From Clostridiaceae bacterium (GTDB lineage: Bacteria > Bacillota > Clostridia > Oscillospirales > Acutalibacteraceae), in the NCBI GenBank assembly GCA_016302625.1, contig JAEDNG010000001.1:1-25808 (forward strand): a stretch of 25,808 nucleotides of DNA, given 5' to 3'. The notes below the pieces were generated by a model, which worked only from the letters and a program-made list of their open reading frames with translations, was not told the DNA's origin and made no database searches. How positions within the stretch are numbered: the first letter of the stretch is position 1; each line of letters starts with the position of its first letter. Of the stretch, positions 1 through 8,442 are shown piece by piece. The translations under genes were made by a program, and so were the position numbers.

Positions 1-76
1 CACATGTCAGCAGAAAAACAGAAATGCGGCTGAACGCCGCCAACAATCTAAAAAAACAGGTTAATCGACAGACTGG

Positions 77-106
77 AAAATCCGCTTTATGCGGATTTTT
101 ATTTTT
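77..106 (+). terminator. Rho-independent terminator of an upstream transcript
   Basis: AAAATCCGC-TTTAT-GCGGATTTT perfect 9-bp stem followed by a T-rich tract. Confidence 0.75.
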
Positions 107-166
107 AATCCGGCTTTTGTTTTCGAATAATGTAATAAGATTTTGTAACATTTTTTGTGTCCTTGC

Positions 167-195
167 TTGACAGCGTTAAACCGTTGGGGTATCAT
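167..195 (+). promoter_or_regulatory. SigA-type promoter for the sORF/phosphatase/flavoprotein operon
   Basis: TTGACA (167-172), 17 nt, TATCAT (190-195). Confidence 0.7.
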
Positions 196-227
196 ATAAT
201 ATATCATTCTCATGAAAGGAAAACACG

Positions 228-302
228 ATGAAATATAAATACGATACCCGGCTTCTGATTGAGAATATGGACAGGCACGCGGACTTCACGGATGATTTTT
301 AA
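228..302 (+). pseudogene. 24-aa small ORF MKYKYDTRLLIENMDRHADFTDDF; probable internally deleted remnant of a small FakA/DAK2-middle-domain-like protein
   Basis: RBS AAAGGA 7 nt before ATG 228, TAA 300-302, between the promoter and the first long CDS; the two halves resemble the two ends of a small clostridial protein family (recalled, not searched). Confidence 0.5.
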
Positions 303-315
303 CGGAGGATAATAT

Positions 316-1041
316 ATGCGACTTTTGATTATACGCCACGGCGATCCGGATTACAGCATAGACTCTCTTACCGAAAAGGGCTGGCGGGAGGCAGAGCTGC
401 TTAAAGACAGACTGTTAAAGCTTGATATAAAGGCATTTTACTCTTCACCCTTAGGCAGAGCAAGGAACACTGCAAAACCCACGCTTGAGGCTCTCGAAAG
501 AACAGCTCAAATCTGCGACTGGTTAAGAGAATTTGACGGTTATATAATCGATCCCGCGACCAATGAAAAAAGAGGACCTTGGGATCTGATGCCCGCTTTC
601 TGGACGGCAAATTCCGATTTTTATGACAGGAATAAATGGCTGAAAACTCCGCTTATGCAAAGCGGGGACGTCAGGGAAAAGTATTATGCGGTATGTGCGG
701 GACTGGACGAGCTTATTAAAAAACACGGTTATGTTCATGACGGCAATATATTCAGGGTCGAAAACGAAAATACCGACACGGTGGTGCTGTTCTGTCATTT
801 CGGGGTTGAATGTGTGCTTTTGTCTCACCTTTTAGGCATTTCTCCGGTTCCGCTGTGGCACGGGTTTACGGCGCTCACCTCGTCTGTTACCACCCTTGTT
901 ACCGAGGAACGGGAAAAGGGAACAGCATACTTCCGCTGCTGCGGCTTCAGTGATATTTCGCATTTGTATGCGAAAGACGAACCGCCCTCCTTTCAGGCGC
1001 GTTTTTGCGAAACCTACTCCAATTTTGACGAGCGGCACTGA
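316..1041 (+). CDS. Histidine phosphatase (phosphoglycerate mutase-like) family protein
   Basis: N-terminal IIRHG catalytic motif, SSPLGRA, second His in FCHFG; RBS GGAGG. Confidence 0.9.
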   Translation: MRLLIIRHGDPDYSIDSLTEKGWREAELLKDRLLKLDIKAFYSSPLGRARNTAKPTLEALERTAQICDWLREFDGYIIDPATNEKRGPWDLMPAFWTANSDFYDRNKWLKTPLMQSGDVREKYYAVCAGLDELIKKHGYVHDGNIFRVENENTDTVVLFCHFGVECVLLSHLLGISPVPLWHGFTALTSSVTTLVTEEREKGTAYFRCCGFSDISHLYAKDEPPSFQARFCETYSNFDERH

Positions 1042-1043
1042 TT

Positions 1044-2291
1044 ATGAAAAACGATGTAATAATAATCGGCGGCGGAGCGTCGGGACTTTGCGCCGCCGTG
1101 GCAATAAAGCAAAAAAATCCGTCGCTTACCGTAAGACTGCTTGAAGCTTTGCCCAGAGTCGGTAAAAAGCTTGCTTTGACCGGAAACGGCCGCTGTAATA
1201 TAACAAACAGGAATATCACAATAGGTCGTTATCACGGAACCAACCCCGAGTTCTGCGAATATGCGCTTTCCCGCTTTAACAGAGAGGTTTGCGAGGAGTT
1301 TTTCCATAATATCGGCGTACCCTTCGTATTTGAGGGGGATAAGGCATATCCCGCGTCATTACAGGCGGCGTCGGTCGTCGACTGCCTGCGCTTTGCGGCA
1401 GAGGAGCTGGGAGTTACCGTCATGACCGACACAAAGGTAACCAATATTCAGCTTTCGGGCGGGCTTTACAAAGTAATTGCCGACAAATTAAGCTTTATAG
1501 CCGATAATATTATAATCGCCGCCGGTTTGATGTCGGGCGGGGACAGGCTTGGCTGTGACGGCGGTATGCTTAAGTTGCTTGCCAAAGCGGGCTTTGATAC
1601 TGTTGAAACAAGGCCTGCAATCGTTCAGCTTAAAACCGCGCCGGATATCGTAAAACAGTTAAAGGGCATAAAGGTAAACGCCGAGGTAACGCTTAAATCG
1701 GACGGGAAAATATTGCGAAAAGAATACGGAGAGACCCTTTTCTGTGATTATGGGCTGTCGGGTCCTCCGATATTACAGGTTTCGGGCACGGCGGCAAAAG
1801 CCCCAAATAAATGCACGGTAAGCCTTGACCTTATGCCGGAAAAAAGCTTTGATACGCTTTGTGCCGAGCTTGAAAACAGAGTTAAAAATTTAAAAACAAG
1901 AACTTCTGACGAGTTTTTTACCGGAATGATGAACAAAAGGCTCGGTCAGGTTATCCTTAAAATGTGCGGTTTAAAGCTCGGCGCAAGGGTTTCTGAGCTT
2001 GATAAAAGTGCGGTTTGTAAAATTGCGTCGGTTATCAAGTCAATGAACTTTGAAATCACCGGAAACACGGGCTTTGCAAATTCTCAGGTCACTTCCGGCG
2101 GACTTGACACGGCGCAGTTTGACAGCAAAACCATGATGAGCCGCGACAGTAAAGGACTTTATGCCGTCGGGGAAATACTCGATATTGACGGCGATTGCGG
2201 CGGTTTTAACCTCCAGTGGGCGTGGTCAAGCGCGCTATGCGCCGCCCATAATATTGCTGATAAAAGGAATAAAAATGCTTCTGATAAATAA
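1044..2291 (+). CDS. HI0933/YhiN/BaiN-like FAD-dependent oxidoreductase
   Basis: IIGGGASG Rossmann motif, GKKLALTGNGRCNITN, GLSGPPIL, QVTSGG, GEILDIDGDCGGFNLQWAWSS. Confidence 0.9.
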   Translation: MKNDVIIIGGGASGLCAAVAIKQKNPSLTVRLLEALPRVGKKLALTGNGRCNITNRNITIGRYHGTNPEFCEYALSRFNREVCEEFFHNIGVPFVFEGDKAYPASLQAASVVDCLRFAAEELGVTVMTDTKVTNIQLSGGLYKVIADKLSFIADNIIIAAGLMSGGDRLGCDGGMLKLLAKAGFDTVETRPAIVQLKTAPDIVKQLKGIKVNAEVTLKSDGKILRKEYGETLFCDYGLSGPPILQVSGTAAKAPNKCTVSLDLMPEKSFDTLCAELENRVKNLKTRTSDEFFTGMMNKRLGQVILKMCGLKLGARVSELDKSAVCKIASVIKSMNFEITGNTGFANSQVTSGGLDTAQFDSKTMMSRDSKGLYAVGEILDIDGDCGGFNLQWAWSSALCAAHNIADKRNKNASDK

Positions 2292-3846
2292 TGTGAATCT
2301 CCCGCTTGATACCGATTTTTCGGATTTAAAGCCTGCGGCGGCAAGGGCGCTTCACACGGATATTTCAAATATCAAAACCGCCGCTCTTTACAAAAAATCG
2401 GTTGACGCGAGACGTAAGGACGATCTGCATTTCTGCTGTTCACTTACCGTCAGCGCAAAAAACGAAAGCGTTCTGCTTAAAAAGACAAAAAACGCACAGC
2501 TTTTTTCTCCGCGACGATATGTATGGAAAAAAGCTGTCACAGCGCCGGAAATCCGTCCTGTTGTAGTAGGCTTCGGTCCTGCGGGAATGTTCGCGGCGCT
2601 GACTTTGGCAAGGGCGGGGCTTAATCCTCTTGTTTTTGAACGGGGACAGGACGCGGATACAAGAACAGCTGACGTCAGACGCTTTTTTGAGGGCGGAACG
2701 CTTAACACCGAGTCAAATATACAGTTCGGCGAGGGCGGCGCGGGAACCTTTTCGGACGGTAAGCTTAACACCGGAATCAAGGATTTCCGCTGCCGCGCGG
2801 TTTTAGAGGAGCTTGTAAGGCACGGAGCGCCCGAAAATATTTTAACCGACGCGAAGCCCCACATAGGCACGGATATATTGGTTAATGTTGTAAAAAATAT
2901 CCGCGCCGAGATAATAAGCTTAGGCGGCGAGGTGTGCTTCGGCGAAAAGCTTAATGATATTGAGTTCAAAAACGGAAAGCTTAACTCGATAACAGTGTCG
3001 GGAAAGGAAATTTTGTGCGAAAAGCTTATTCTGGCAACGGGACATTCGGCACGCGACGTTTTTTCAATGCTTGAAAGCAGAAATGTTCAAATGATACGCA
3101 AGCCTTTTTCGGTCGGTGTCAGAATTGAGCATCTGCAAAGCGATATAAACAGGGCATTATACGGCGAAAACGCAGACAATCCCGCTCTTTCCGCCGCCGA
3201 CTACAAGCTTGCGGTGCATTTGGAAAACGGCAGGGGAGTATATACCTTTTGCATGTGTCCGGGCGGAGAGGTTATCAACGCATCGAGCGAGACGGGCGGT
3301 CTTTGCGTTAACGGCATGAGCAACAGCAGGCGCGACGGGCTGAATGCCAACAGCGCGGTTTTGGTGGGAGTAAATCCCGAAGATTTGCCGGGAGAGGATG
3401 TGCTTTCCGGCTGTGCGTTTCAAAAACAGATTGAGAACGCGGCATATAAAGCGGCGTGCGGTGCGGTTCCGGTGACTACGGTGGGGAATTTCCTTTTCGC
3501 AAAACCCTTTGAAATCACCAAAGTCAAACCCACCGTAAAACCAAAATGGGCGTATGCCGATTTTGACGGGCTCTTTCCCGAATTTGTTTCGGAAAGTCTT
3601 AAAAAAGGAATTTTGGCTTTTGACAGAAAAATAACGGGCTTTGCAAAGGAATCTGCGGTGCTTACCGCGCCCGAAACGCGAAGCTCTTCACCCGTTCGTA
3701 TAGTAAGGGGAGATGACGGACAAAGCGTGACCGTATCCGGTCTTTATCCCTGCGGCGAGGGAGCGGGATATGCCGGCGGCATAATGTCTGCCGCGACAGA
3801 CGGAATGAAAACCGCCGAGGCGGTTATTGAAAGCTGTCGCTGTTAA
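2275..3846 (+). CDS. FAD-dependent oxidoreductase (COG2509-type, uncharacterised)
   Basis: VVGFGPAG, QFGEGGAGTFSDGKL, TFCMCPGG, ETRSSSPVRI, GEGAGYAGGIMSAA; start set at ATG 2275 after AAAGGA RBS, overlapping the previous gene's end. Confidence 0.88.
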   Translation: MLLINNVNLPLDTDFSDLKPAAARALHTDISNIKTAALYKKSVDARRKDDLHFCCSLTVSAKNESVLLKKTKNAQLFSPRRYVWKKAVTAPEIRPVVVGFGPAGMFAALTLARAGLNPLVFERGQDADTRTADVRRFFEGGTLNTESNIQFGEGGAGTFSDGKLNTGIKDFRCRAVLEELVRHGAPENILTDAKPHIGTDILVNVVKNIRAEIISLGGEVCFGEKLNDIEFKNGKLNSITVSGKEILCEKLILATGHSARDVFSMLESRNVQMIRKPFSVGVRIEHLQSDINRALYGENADNPALSAADYKLAVHLENGRGVYTFCMCPGGEVINASSETGGLCVNGMSNSRRDGLNANSAVLVGVNPEDLPGEDVLSGCAFQKQIENAAYKAACGAVPVTTVGNFLFAKPFEITKVKPTVKPKWAYADFDGLFPEFVSESLKKGILAFDRKITGFAKESAVLTAPETRSSSPVRIVRGDDGQSVTVSGLYPCGEGAGYAGGIMSAATDGMKTAEAVIESCRC

Positions 3847-4417
3847 CGTTTTCAAGATATACGTTTACCGGTGAAAATCGGTCTAAAATATAACACCATT
3901 CGTTTTCGACCGGTTGCGGGTCAAGCTCGGTTTTTTCACACGGGATATTTATAATAAGCTTATTTCCGTTTAAATGTCGGAAATATGTCCCTTTCATGGC
4001 TTTGATTATTATCGGCAGCTTGCCGAGTCTTTGACACCCGGAGGCTTTTATTATCACACCTGAATTATCGGCTTTAATGTTTATTTCCGTATTTCCGGTA
4101 TTAAGGCTTGCAAGCTCCATTAAAAGCGCCGTGTAAAGTTTTTTATTTATCAGATAAACCCCTTTACCCGAAAAGGACGCGGCGAGCCTTTTGCCCCTTT
4201 GGAGCATAACAATAACCGCCGCTCCGAGTAACGAGTTTGCAAGCTTAATTATATCTACGGGCGAGCTTTCCGCCTTATAATAAAGCGCCTCGGCGCGGGT
4301 TATGCGTTTAAGCATTTTTAAATGCTTAGTCTGTTCTCCGTTCCGAAGCACCGAAATTTGAAGATAAAGCCGCAATGACGCGGCGTAACGCTCGAATGAA
4401 TTTGGCAAAAATATCAT
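3824..4417 (-). CDS. Hypothetical protein resembling a degenerate histidine-kinase C-terminal (HATPase-like) region
   Basis: 197-aa ORF with GGAGG RBS; PVDIIKL...LYTALLMELAS...VIIKASG...IIKAMKGT...IINIP follows the HATPase_c layout but lacks N/G1/G2 consensus residues. Confidence 0.6.
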   Translation of the reverse strand: MIFLPNSFERYAASLRLYLQISVLRNGEQTKHLKMLKRITRAEALYYKAESSPVDIIKLANSLLGAAVIVMLQRGKRLAASFSGKGVYLINKKLYTALLMELASLNTGNTEINIKADNSGVIIKASGCQRLGKLPIIIKAMKGTYFRHLNGNKLIINIPCEKTELDPQPVENEWCYILDRFSPVNVYLENVNSDSFQ

Positions 4418-4472
4418 AATGCAGCCTCCAGGACACTAATTATTATGCCAAAATCTATAAAAAATAAAAAAA

Positions 4473-4490
4473 TTGTTAAAGATTAAACAA
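4473..4490. promoter_or_regulatory. Putative Rex (NADH/NAD+ sensor) operator upstream of gap
   Basis: TTGTTAA-AGAT-TAAACAA, one mismatch to the clostridial Rex consensus TTGTTAA-N4-TTAACAA, 5 nt upstream of the -35. Confidence 0.6.
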
Positions 4491-4495
4491 ATAGC

Positions 4496-4524
4496 TTGAA
4501 AATAGCGGACAAATGGGGTAAAAT
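4496..4524 (+). promoter_or_regulatory. SigA-type promoter of gap
   Basis: TTGAAA, 17 nt, TAAAAT; RBS AAGGAGG at 4541-4547. Confidence 0.65.
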
Positions 4525-4556
4525 AGATAAGTAAAAAATTAAGGAGGTTTTTTCCA

Positions 4557-5567
4557 ATGGTTAAAGTTGCTATTAATGGTTTCGGCCGTATCGGTCGTCT
4601 CGCTTTCCGCCAGATGTTCGGCGCTGAGGGTTATGAGGTTGTCGCTATCAACGATCTTACAAGCCCCGCAATGCTCGCTCACCTTTTAAAGTATGACTCT
4701 GCTCAGGGCAGATATGCTCTTGCAGACACCGTATCTGCAGGTGAGGACAGCATCACTGTCGACGGCAAGACCATTAAAATTTATGCAGAAAAGAACGCTG
4801 CAGATCTTCCGTGGGGAGAAATCGGCGTTGACGTTGTTCTCGAGTGCACAGGCTTCTACTGCTCAAAGGACAAGGCTCAGGCTCATATCGATGCAGGCGC
4901 TAAAAAGGTTGTTATCTCTGCTCCGGCAGGCAAGGATCTTCCGACTATCGTTTACAGCGTAAACGAAAAGACCCTTACTGCTGATGACAAGATTATTTCA
5001 GCCGCTTCCTGCACCACCAACTGCTTGGCTCCGATGGCTGACACACTTAACAAATATGCTCCGATCGTAAGCGGCATCATGACCACCGTTCACGCTTTCA
5101 CCGGCGACCAGATGGTTCTCGACGGTCCGCACAGAAAGGGCGACCTTCGCCGTGCCCGCGCTGCCGCTGTAAACATCGTTCCTAACTCAACCGGCGCTGC
5201 AAAGGCTATCGGTCTTGTTATTCCGGAGCTTAACGGCAAGCTTATCGGTTCTGCTCAGCGTGTTCCGGTTCCGACCGGCTCTACCACAATTCTTGTTGCC
5301 GTTGTAAAGGGAAAGGATATTACAGTTGAGGGTATCAACGCCGCTATGAAGGCTGCTTCTTCCGCTTCCTTCGGCTACACCGAGGAGCCGCTCGTTTCTT
5401 CTGATATCATCGGTATCACCTACGGTTCTCTCTTCGATGCTACCCAGACAATGGTTACCAAGATTGACGACGATACCTATCAGGTACAGGTTGTTTCCTG
5501 GTATGACAATGAGAACAGCTACACCAGCCAGATGGTTCGCACCATTAAGTATTTTGCTGAAATCTAA
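4557..5567 (+). CDS. gap: Type I glyceraldehyde-3-phosphate dehydrogenase
   Basis: [21 protein letters not shown] active site, SWYDNE; biased codon usage typical of highly expressed genes. Confidence 0.98.
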   Translation: MVKVAINGFGRIGRLAFRQMFGAEGYEVVAINDLTSPAMLAHLLKYDSAQGRYALADTVSAGEDSITVDGKTIKIYAEKNAADLPWGEIGVDVVLECTGFYCSKDKAQAHIDAGAKKVVISAPAGKDLPTIVYSVNEKTLTADDKIISAASCTTNCLAPMADTLNKYAPIVSGIMTTVHAFTGDQMVLDGPHRKGDLRRARAAAVNIVPNSTGAAKAIGLVIPELNGKLIGSAQRVPVPTGSTTILVAVVKGKDITVEGINAAMKAASSASFGYTEEPLVSSDIIGITYGSLFDATQTMVTKIDDDTYQVQVVSWYDNENSYTSQMVRTIKYFAEI

Positions 5568-5582
5568 TTTTCCTGTTACTTC

Positions 5583-5613
5583 AAAATCCCTTGCGAAACG
5601 CAAGGGATTTTTT
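5583..5613. terminator. Bidirectional Rho-independent terminator between gap and the YgiQ-family gene
   Basis: AAAATCCCTTGCG-AAA-CGCAAGGGATTTT 13-bp stem with A/T tracts at both ends, between convergent stops. Confidence 0.9.
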
Positions 5614-7493
5614 CATGCCTTTTTCTTTGGTTTATGAATATTTCGAATTGCTTTTTTGGGTTTTGCGCTTTTGCGCACGGTTTCCTTTAAAGTTTTGTCC
5701 TGCGTGATAAGGCAGTCGGGACCCGTGCCGATAAGGTCATACCTACCCGCTCTTTTAAGGGCTGAGAGTACGAGCGCGCGGTTTTCGGGCTTAAAGTACT
5801 GTAAAAGCGCACGCTGTTCGGCTTTTTCTTTAGGCGTTCTCGGGACGTAAACGGGTTTCATTGTGTTAGGGTCAAGTCCCGTGTAGAACATGCAGGTCGA
5901 GACGGTGCCGGGTGTGGGGTAGAAGTCCTGCACCTGTTCGGGGTGAAGCTTGTTCCTTTTAAGAAATACCGCAAGCTCGATTGCGTCCTTTTCAGTGCTT
6001 CCGGGGTGCGAGGACATAAGATAGGGTACTAAGTACTGCTTTTTGCCGGCTGATTTTGTAAGCTCGTAAAAACGCTTTTCAAATTTGTTGTAAACCTCAA
6101 TAGGCGGCTTGCCCATACATTTTAAAACACGGTCGGAGCAATGCTCGGGAGCGACCTTAAGCTGTCCGCTTACATGATGATTTACAAGCTCTTTAAAAAA
6201 CTCTTCATCTTCGTCGGCGATAAGATAGTCAAAGCGTATTCCCGAACGGATAAATACCTTTTTGACCTTTGGCAAAGCGCGAAGCTCACGTAACAGCTTT
6301 AAATAATCCTCATGCGTGACCTTAACCGCCGGACACATAGTGGGTGCAAGGCATTTTTTATCGGCGCAGAGCCCTTTTTTCAGCTGACCGTCGCAGGAGG
6401 GACGGCGGAAGTTGGCGGTAGGTCCGCCGACGTCGTGTATGTATCCTTTAAAATCGGGCATTTCGGTAAGTGATTTCGCCTCTTTTATTACCGATTCGTG
6501 ACTGCGTGCGGAAATCTGCCGCCCCTGGTGATAGGCTATCGAGCAGAAATTGCAGGCACCGAAGCAGCCGCGGTTATGCACAAGTGAAAACTTGACTTCC
6601 TTTATACCGGGCACTCCGCCTAAAGCCTTATAGTTCGGGTGATAATCACGCATAAAGGGAAGCGCGTATACCTCGTCCATTTCTTCTGTGGTAAGCGGCG
6701 GCATGGGCGGATTTTGCACCACGATTTTATCCCCGTGCCGCTGAATAACCGTTTTGCCGCGCACCGCGTCGTGCTCGTCCTGCTGAATTTTGCAGGAAAC
6801 AGCGTACAGGCGCTTGCCCTTTTCGTCCGGCTCCTTTACAAGCTCATAGGAGGCGCACTCTTTAGCGCCGGTTATAGGCATATAATCTTCTGTTTTTACC
6901 GCGTAGCAGGTTCCCAAAACATCGGTAAGAGAAGAAATATCCTCGCCCGCCGCCAAACGGTCGGCAATTTGAACTGAGTGCTTTTCGCCCATGCCGTACA
7001 TAAGCAGATCCGCGCCCGAATCTATAAGAACAGAGGGTCGAACCCTGTCGTCCCAGTAATCGTAATGCGCAAAACGGCGAAGCGAGGCTTCAAGTCCGCC
7101 TATACAAACCGGAACGTCGGGATAGAGCGTTTTAAGCTTTTTGGTATATACAATAACCGCTCTGTCAGGCCGAGCGCCCGCCTTTCCGCCCGGGGTGTAG
7201 GCGTCGTCGCTGCGGCGCTTTTTCGCGGCGGTGTAGTGGGCGACCATCGAATCTATATTTCCGCTGTTTACAAAAAAGGAAAGCCTCGGTTTCCCGAAAC
7301 GGGTAAAATCCGCGTCATTCTGCGGCTGGGGAATAATGCAGACCTTGTATCCTGCCTGCTCAAGCACGCGGGAGATTATCGCGGTGCCGAAGCTCGGGTG
7401 ATCGACATACGCGTCCCCCGTCACGATTATAATATCCGCCTGCTCCCAGCCGTACTGCCGCATTTCTTTAACTGTTATAGGTAAAAATGGCAT
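5613..7493 (-). CDS. YgiQ (UPF0313) family radical SAM protein
   Basis: GDAYVDHPSFG, GGLEASLRRFAHYDYW, CFGACNFC (CxxxCxxC), DVGGPTAN, QVQDFYPTP. Confidence 0.93.
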   Translation of the reverse strand: MPFLPITVKEMRQYGWEQADIIIVTGDAYVDHPSFGTAIISRVLEQAGYKVCIIPQPQNDADFTRFGKPRLSFFVNSGNIDSMVAHYTAAKKRRSDDAYTPGGKAGARPDRAVIVYTKKLKTLYPDVPVCIGGLEASLRRFAHYDYWDDRVRPSVLIDSGADLLMYGMGEKHSVQIADRLAAGEDISSLTDVLGTCYAVKTEDYMPITGAKECASYELVKEPDEKGKRLYAVSCKIQQDEHDAVRGKTVIQRHGDKIVVQNPPMPPLTTEEMDEVYALPFMRDYHPNYKALGGVPGIKEVKFSLVHNRGCFGACNFCSIAYHQGRQISARSHESVIKEAKSLTEMPDFKGYIHDVGGPTANFRRPSCDGQLKKGLCADKKCLAPTMCPAVKVTHEDYLKLLRELRALPKVKKVFIRSGIRFDYLIADEDEEFFKELVNHHVSGQLKVAPEHCSDRVLKCMGKPPIEVYNKFEKRFYELTKSAGKKQYLVPYLMSSHPGSTEKDAIELAVFLKRNKLHPEQVQDFYPTPGTVSTCMFYTGLDPNTMKPVYVPRTPKEKAEQRALLQYFKPENRALVLSALKRAGRYDLIGTGPDCLITQDKTLKETVRKSAKPKKAIRNIHKPKKKA

Positions 7494-7521
7494 AATATCA
7501 TCCTAATTAAAAATATATATT

Positions 7522-7550
7522 AGTATACCATATTTGATACTGTTTCACAA
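7522..7550 (-). promoter_or_regulatory. SigA-type extended -10 promoter of the YgiQ-family gene
   Basis: Minus strand TTGTGA, 17 nt ending TGG, TATACT. Confidence 0.6.
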
Positions 7551-7564
7551 GGAGATATACCGTA

Positions 7565-7789
7565 ATGGACGAAAATGACATTTTAAATCCGAAAAGCACA
7601 GGGGCTTTCGGGATAATAATATCCGAGGCGGTAGCAGCGGTGCTTATACTTTTATCGGTGCTTACGGTAAAATATTTTTTTAAGGGCACATACTCAGAGC
7701 TTAAAAAATGGTACAATACAAACATCTGCGCGGAGACCGAAATAAGCGAGGTTATAGAAACATCGGGCGGTGGTGTGGATGAGGTTTAA
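7565..7789 (+). CDS. Small single-TM membrane protein in the spoIVFA position
   Basis: RBS AAGGAG; hydrophobic segment IIISEAVAAVLILLSVLTV; overlaps the start of the M50 protease gene. Confidence 0.7.
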   Translation: MDENDILNPKSTGAFGIIISEAVAAVLILLSVLTVKYFFKGTYSELKKWYNTNICAETEISEVIETSGGGVDEV

Positions 7790-8372
7790 ATTTTTAGGCA
7801 CCGAAATCTATATTTCCTTTCTTTTTGCGGCGGTTATTACCGCTATGATAGCTTTTGACCGCACCGGGTATATTCTGCCATTGCTTTTCGCGGTTATAAT
7901 GCACGAATTCGGGCATCTTTGCGCAATGTGGATTTTTGAGTGCGCGCCCAAACGCATAAGGCTTGTGCCCGCGGCGGTGGAAATCACATCTAAAATCAGC
8001 TTTTCAAGGCGAAACGAAATTATAATTGCCGCCTGCGGACCTGCGGTAAATCTTATTTTGTTTTTTACCCTTTGGTTTAATTATCTGGCTTTTAATAAGG
8101 AAATGTCGCTTATATGCGGAATGATAAATCTTTTAATAGGGATTTTCAATCTCCTGCCGGTGACTGGGCTTGACGGAGGTACTATTCTCTATAATATACT
8201 CTGCCGCAAAACAGAGGAGGGCAGAGCGCGGCTTATAATGCGGATAATTAACTTAAGCGTTGCGGTGGCGTTGCTAATAATTGCGGTGTGCCTTTGCTTT
8301 AAGGGACAGTTTAACCTTTCGTTTTTTATAATCGGTCTTTATCTCATTGTGATGGGAATAATGAAAATATAA
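7779..8372 (+). CDS. Site-2 (M50) intramembrane metalloprotease, SpoIVFB-like
   Basis: HEFGH (HExxH), IAACGPAVN, FNLLPVTGLDGG; multiple TM segments; precedes the TIGR03960-type gene as spoIVFB does in many Clostridia; ATG 7779 preferred. Confidence 0.85.
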   Translation: MRFKFLGTEIYISFLFAAVITAMIAFDRTGYILPLLFAVIMHEFGHLCAMWIFECAPKRIRLVPAAVEITSKISFSRRNEIIIAACGPAVNLILFFTLWFNYLAFNKEMSLICGMINLLIGIFNLLPVTGLDGGTILYNILCRKTEEGRARLIMRIINLSVAVALLIIAVCLCFKGQFNLSFFIIGLYLIVMGIMKI

Positions 8373-8377
8373 AATGC

Positions 8378-8406
8378 TTGTAAGCTTTTTTACGATGTGG
8401 TATTAT
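8378..8406 (+). promoter_or_regulatory. SigA-type extended -10 promoter for the radical SAM pair
   Basis: TTGTAA, 17 nt ending TGG, TATTAT. Confidence 0.6.
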
Positions 8407-8442
8407 AATGATTATATTAAATAAAAATACCGTGAGGAAAAA

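Noticed and set aside
1..64. Possible 3' end of an upstream CDS (frame 2 ending TAA at 62-64)
   Set aside because: Too short to fix frame or product; only the downstream terminator supports it
2161..2274. 38-aa N-terminal extension of the second flavoprotein in the ORF track
   Set aside because: Lies inside the previous gene; the RBS supports ATG 2275
2388..2969. 193-aa antisense ORF and other antisense or alternate-frame ORFs (e.g. 5187-5603, 6978-7484, 15116-15529)
   Set aside because: Shadow ORFs of well-supported genes, with no recognisable motifs
7507..7725. 72-aa minus-strand ORF upstream of the YgiQ-family gene
   Set aside because: Antisense to the 74-aa gene, which has the better RBS and operon context, and it spans the predicted promoter
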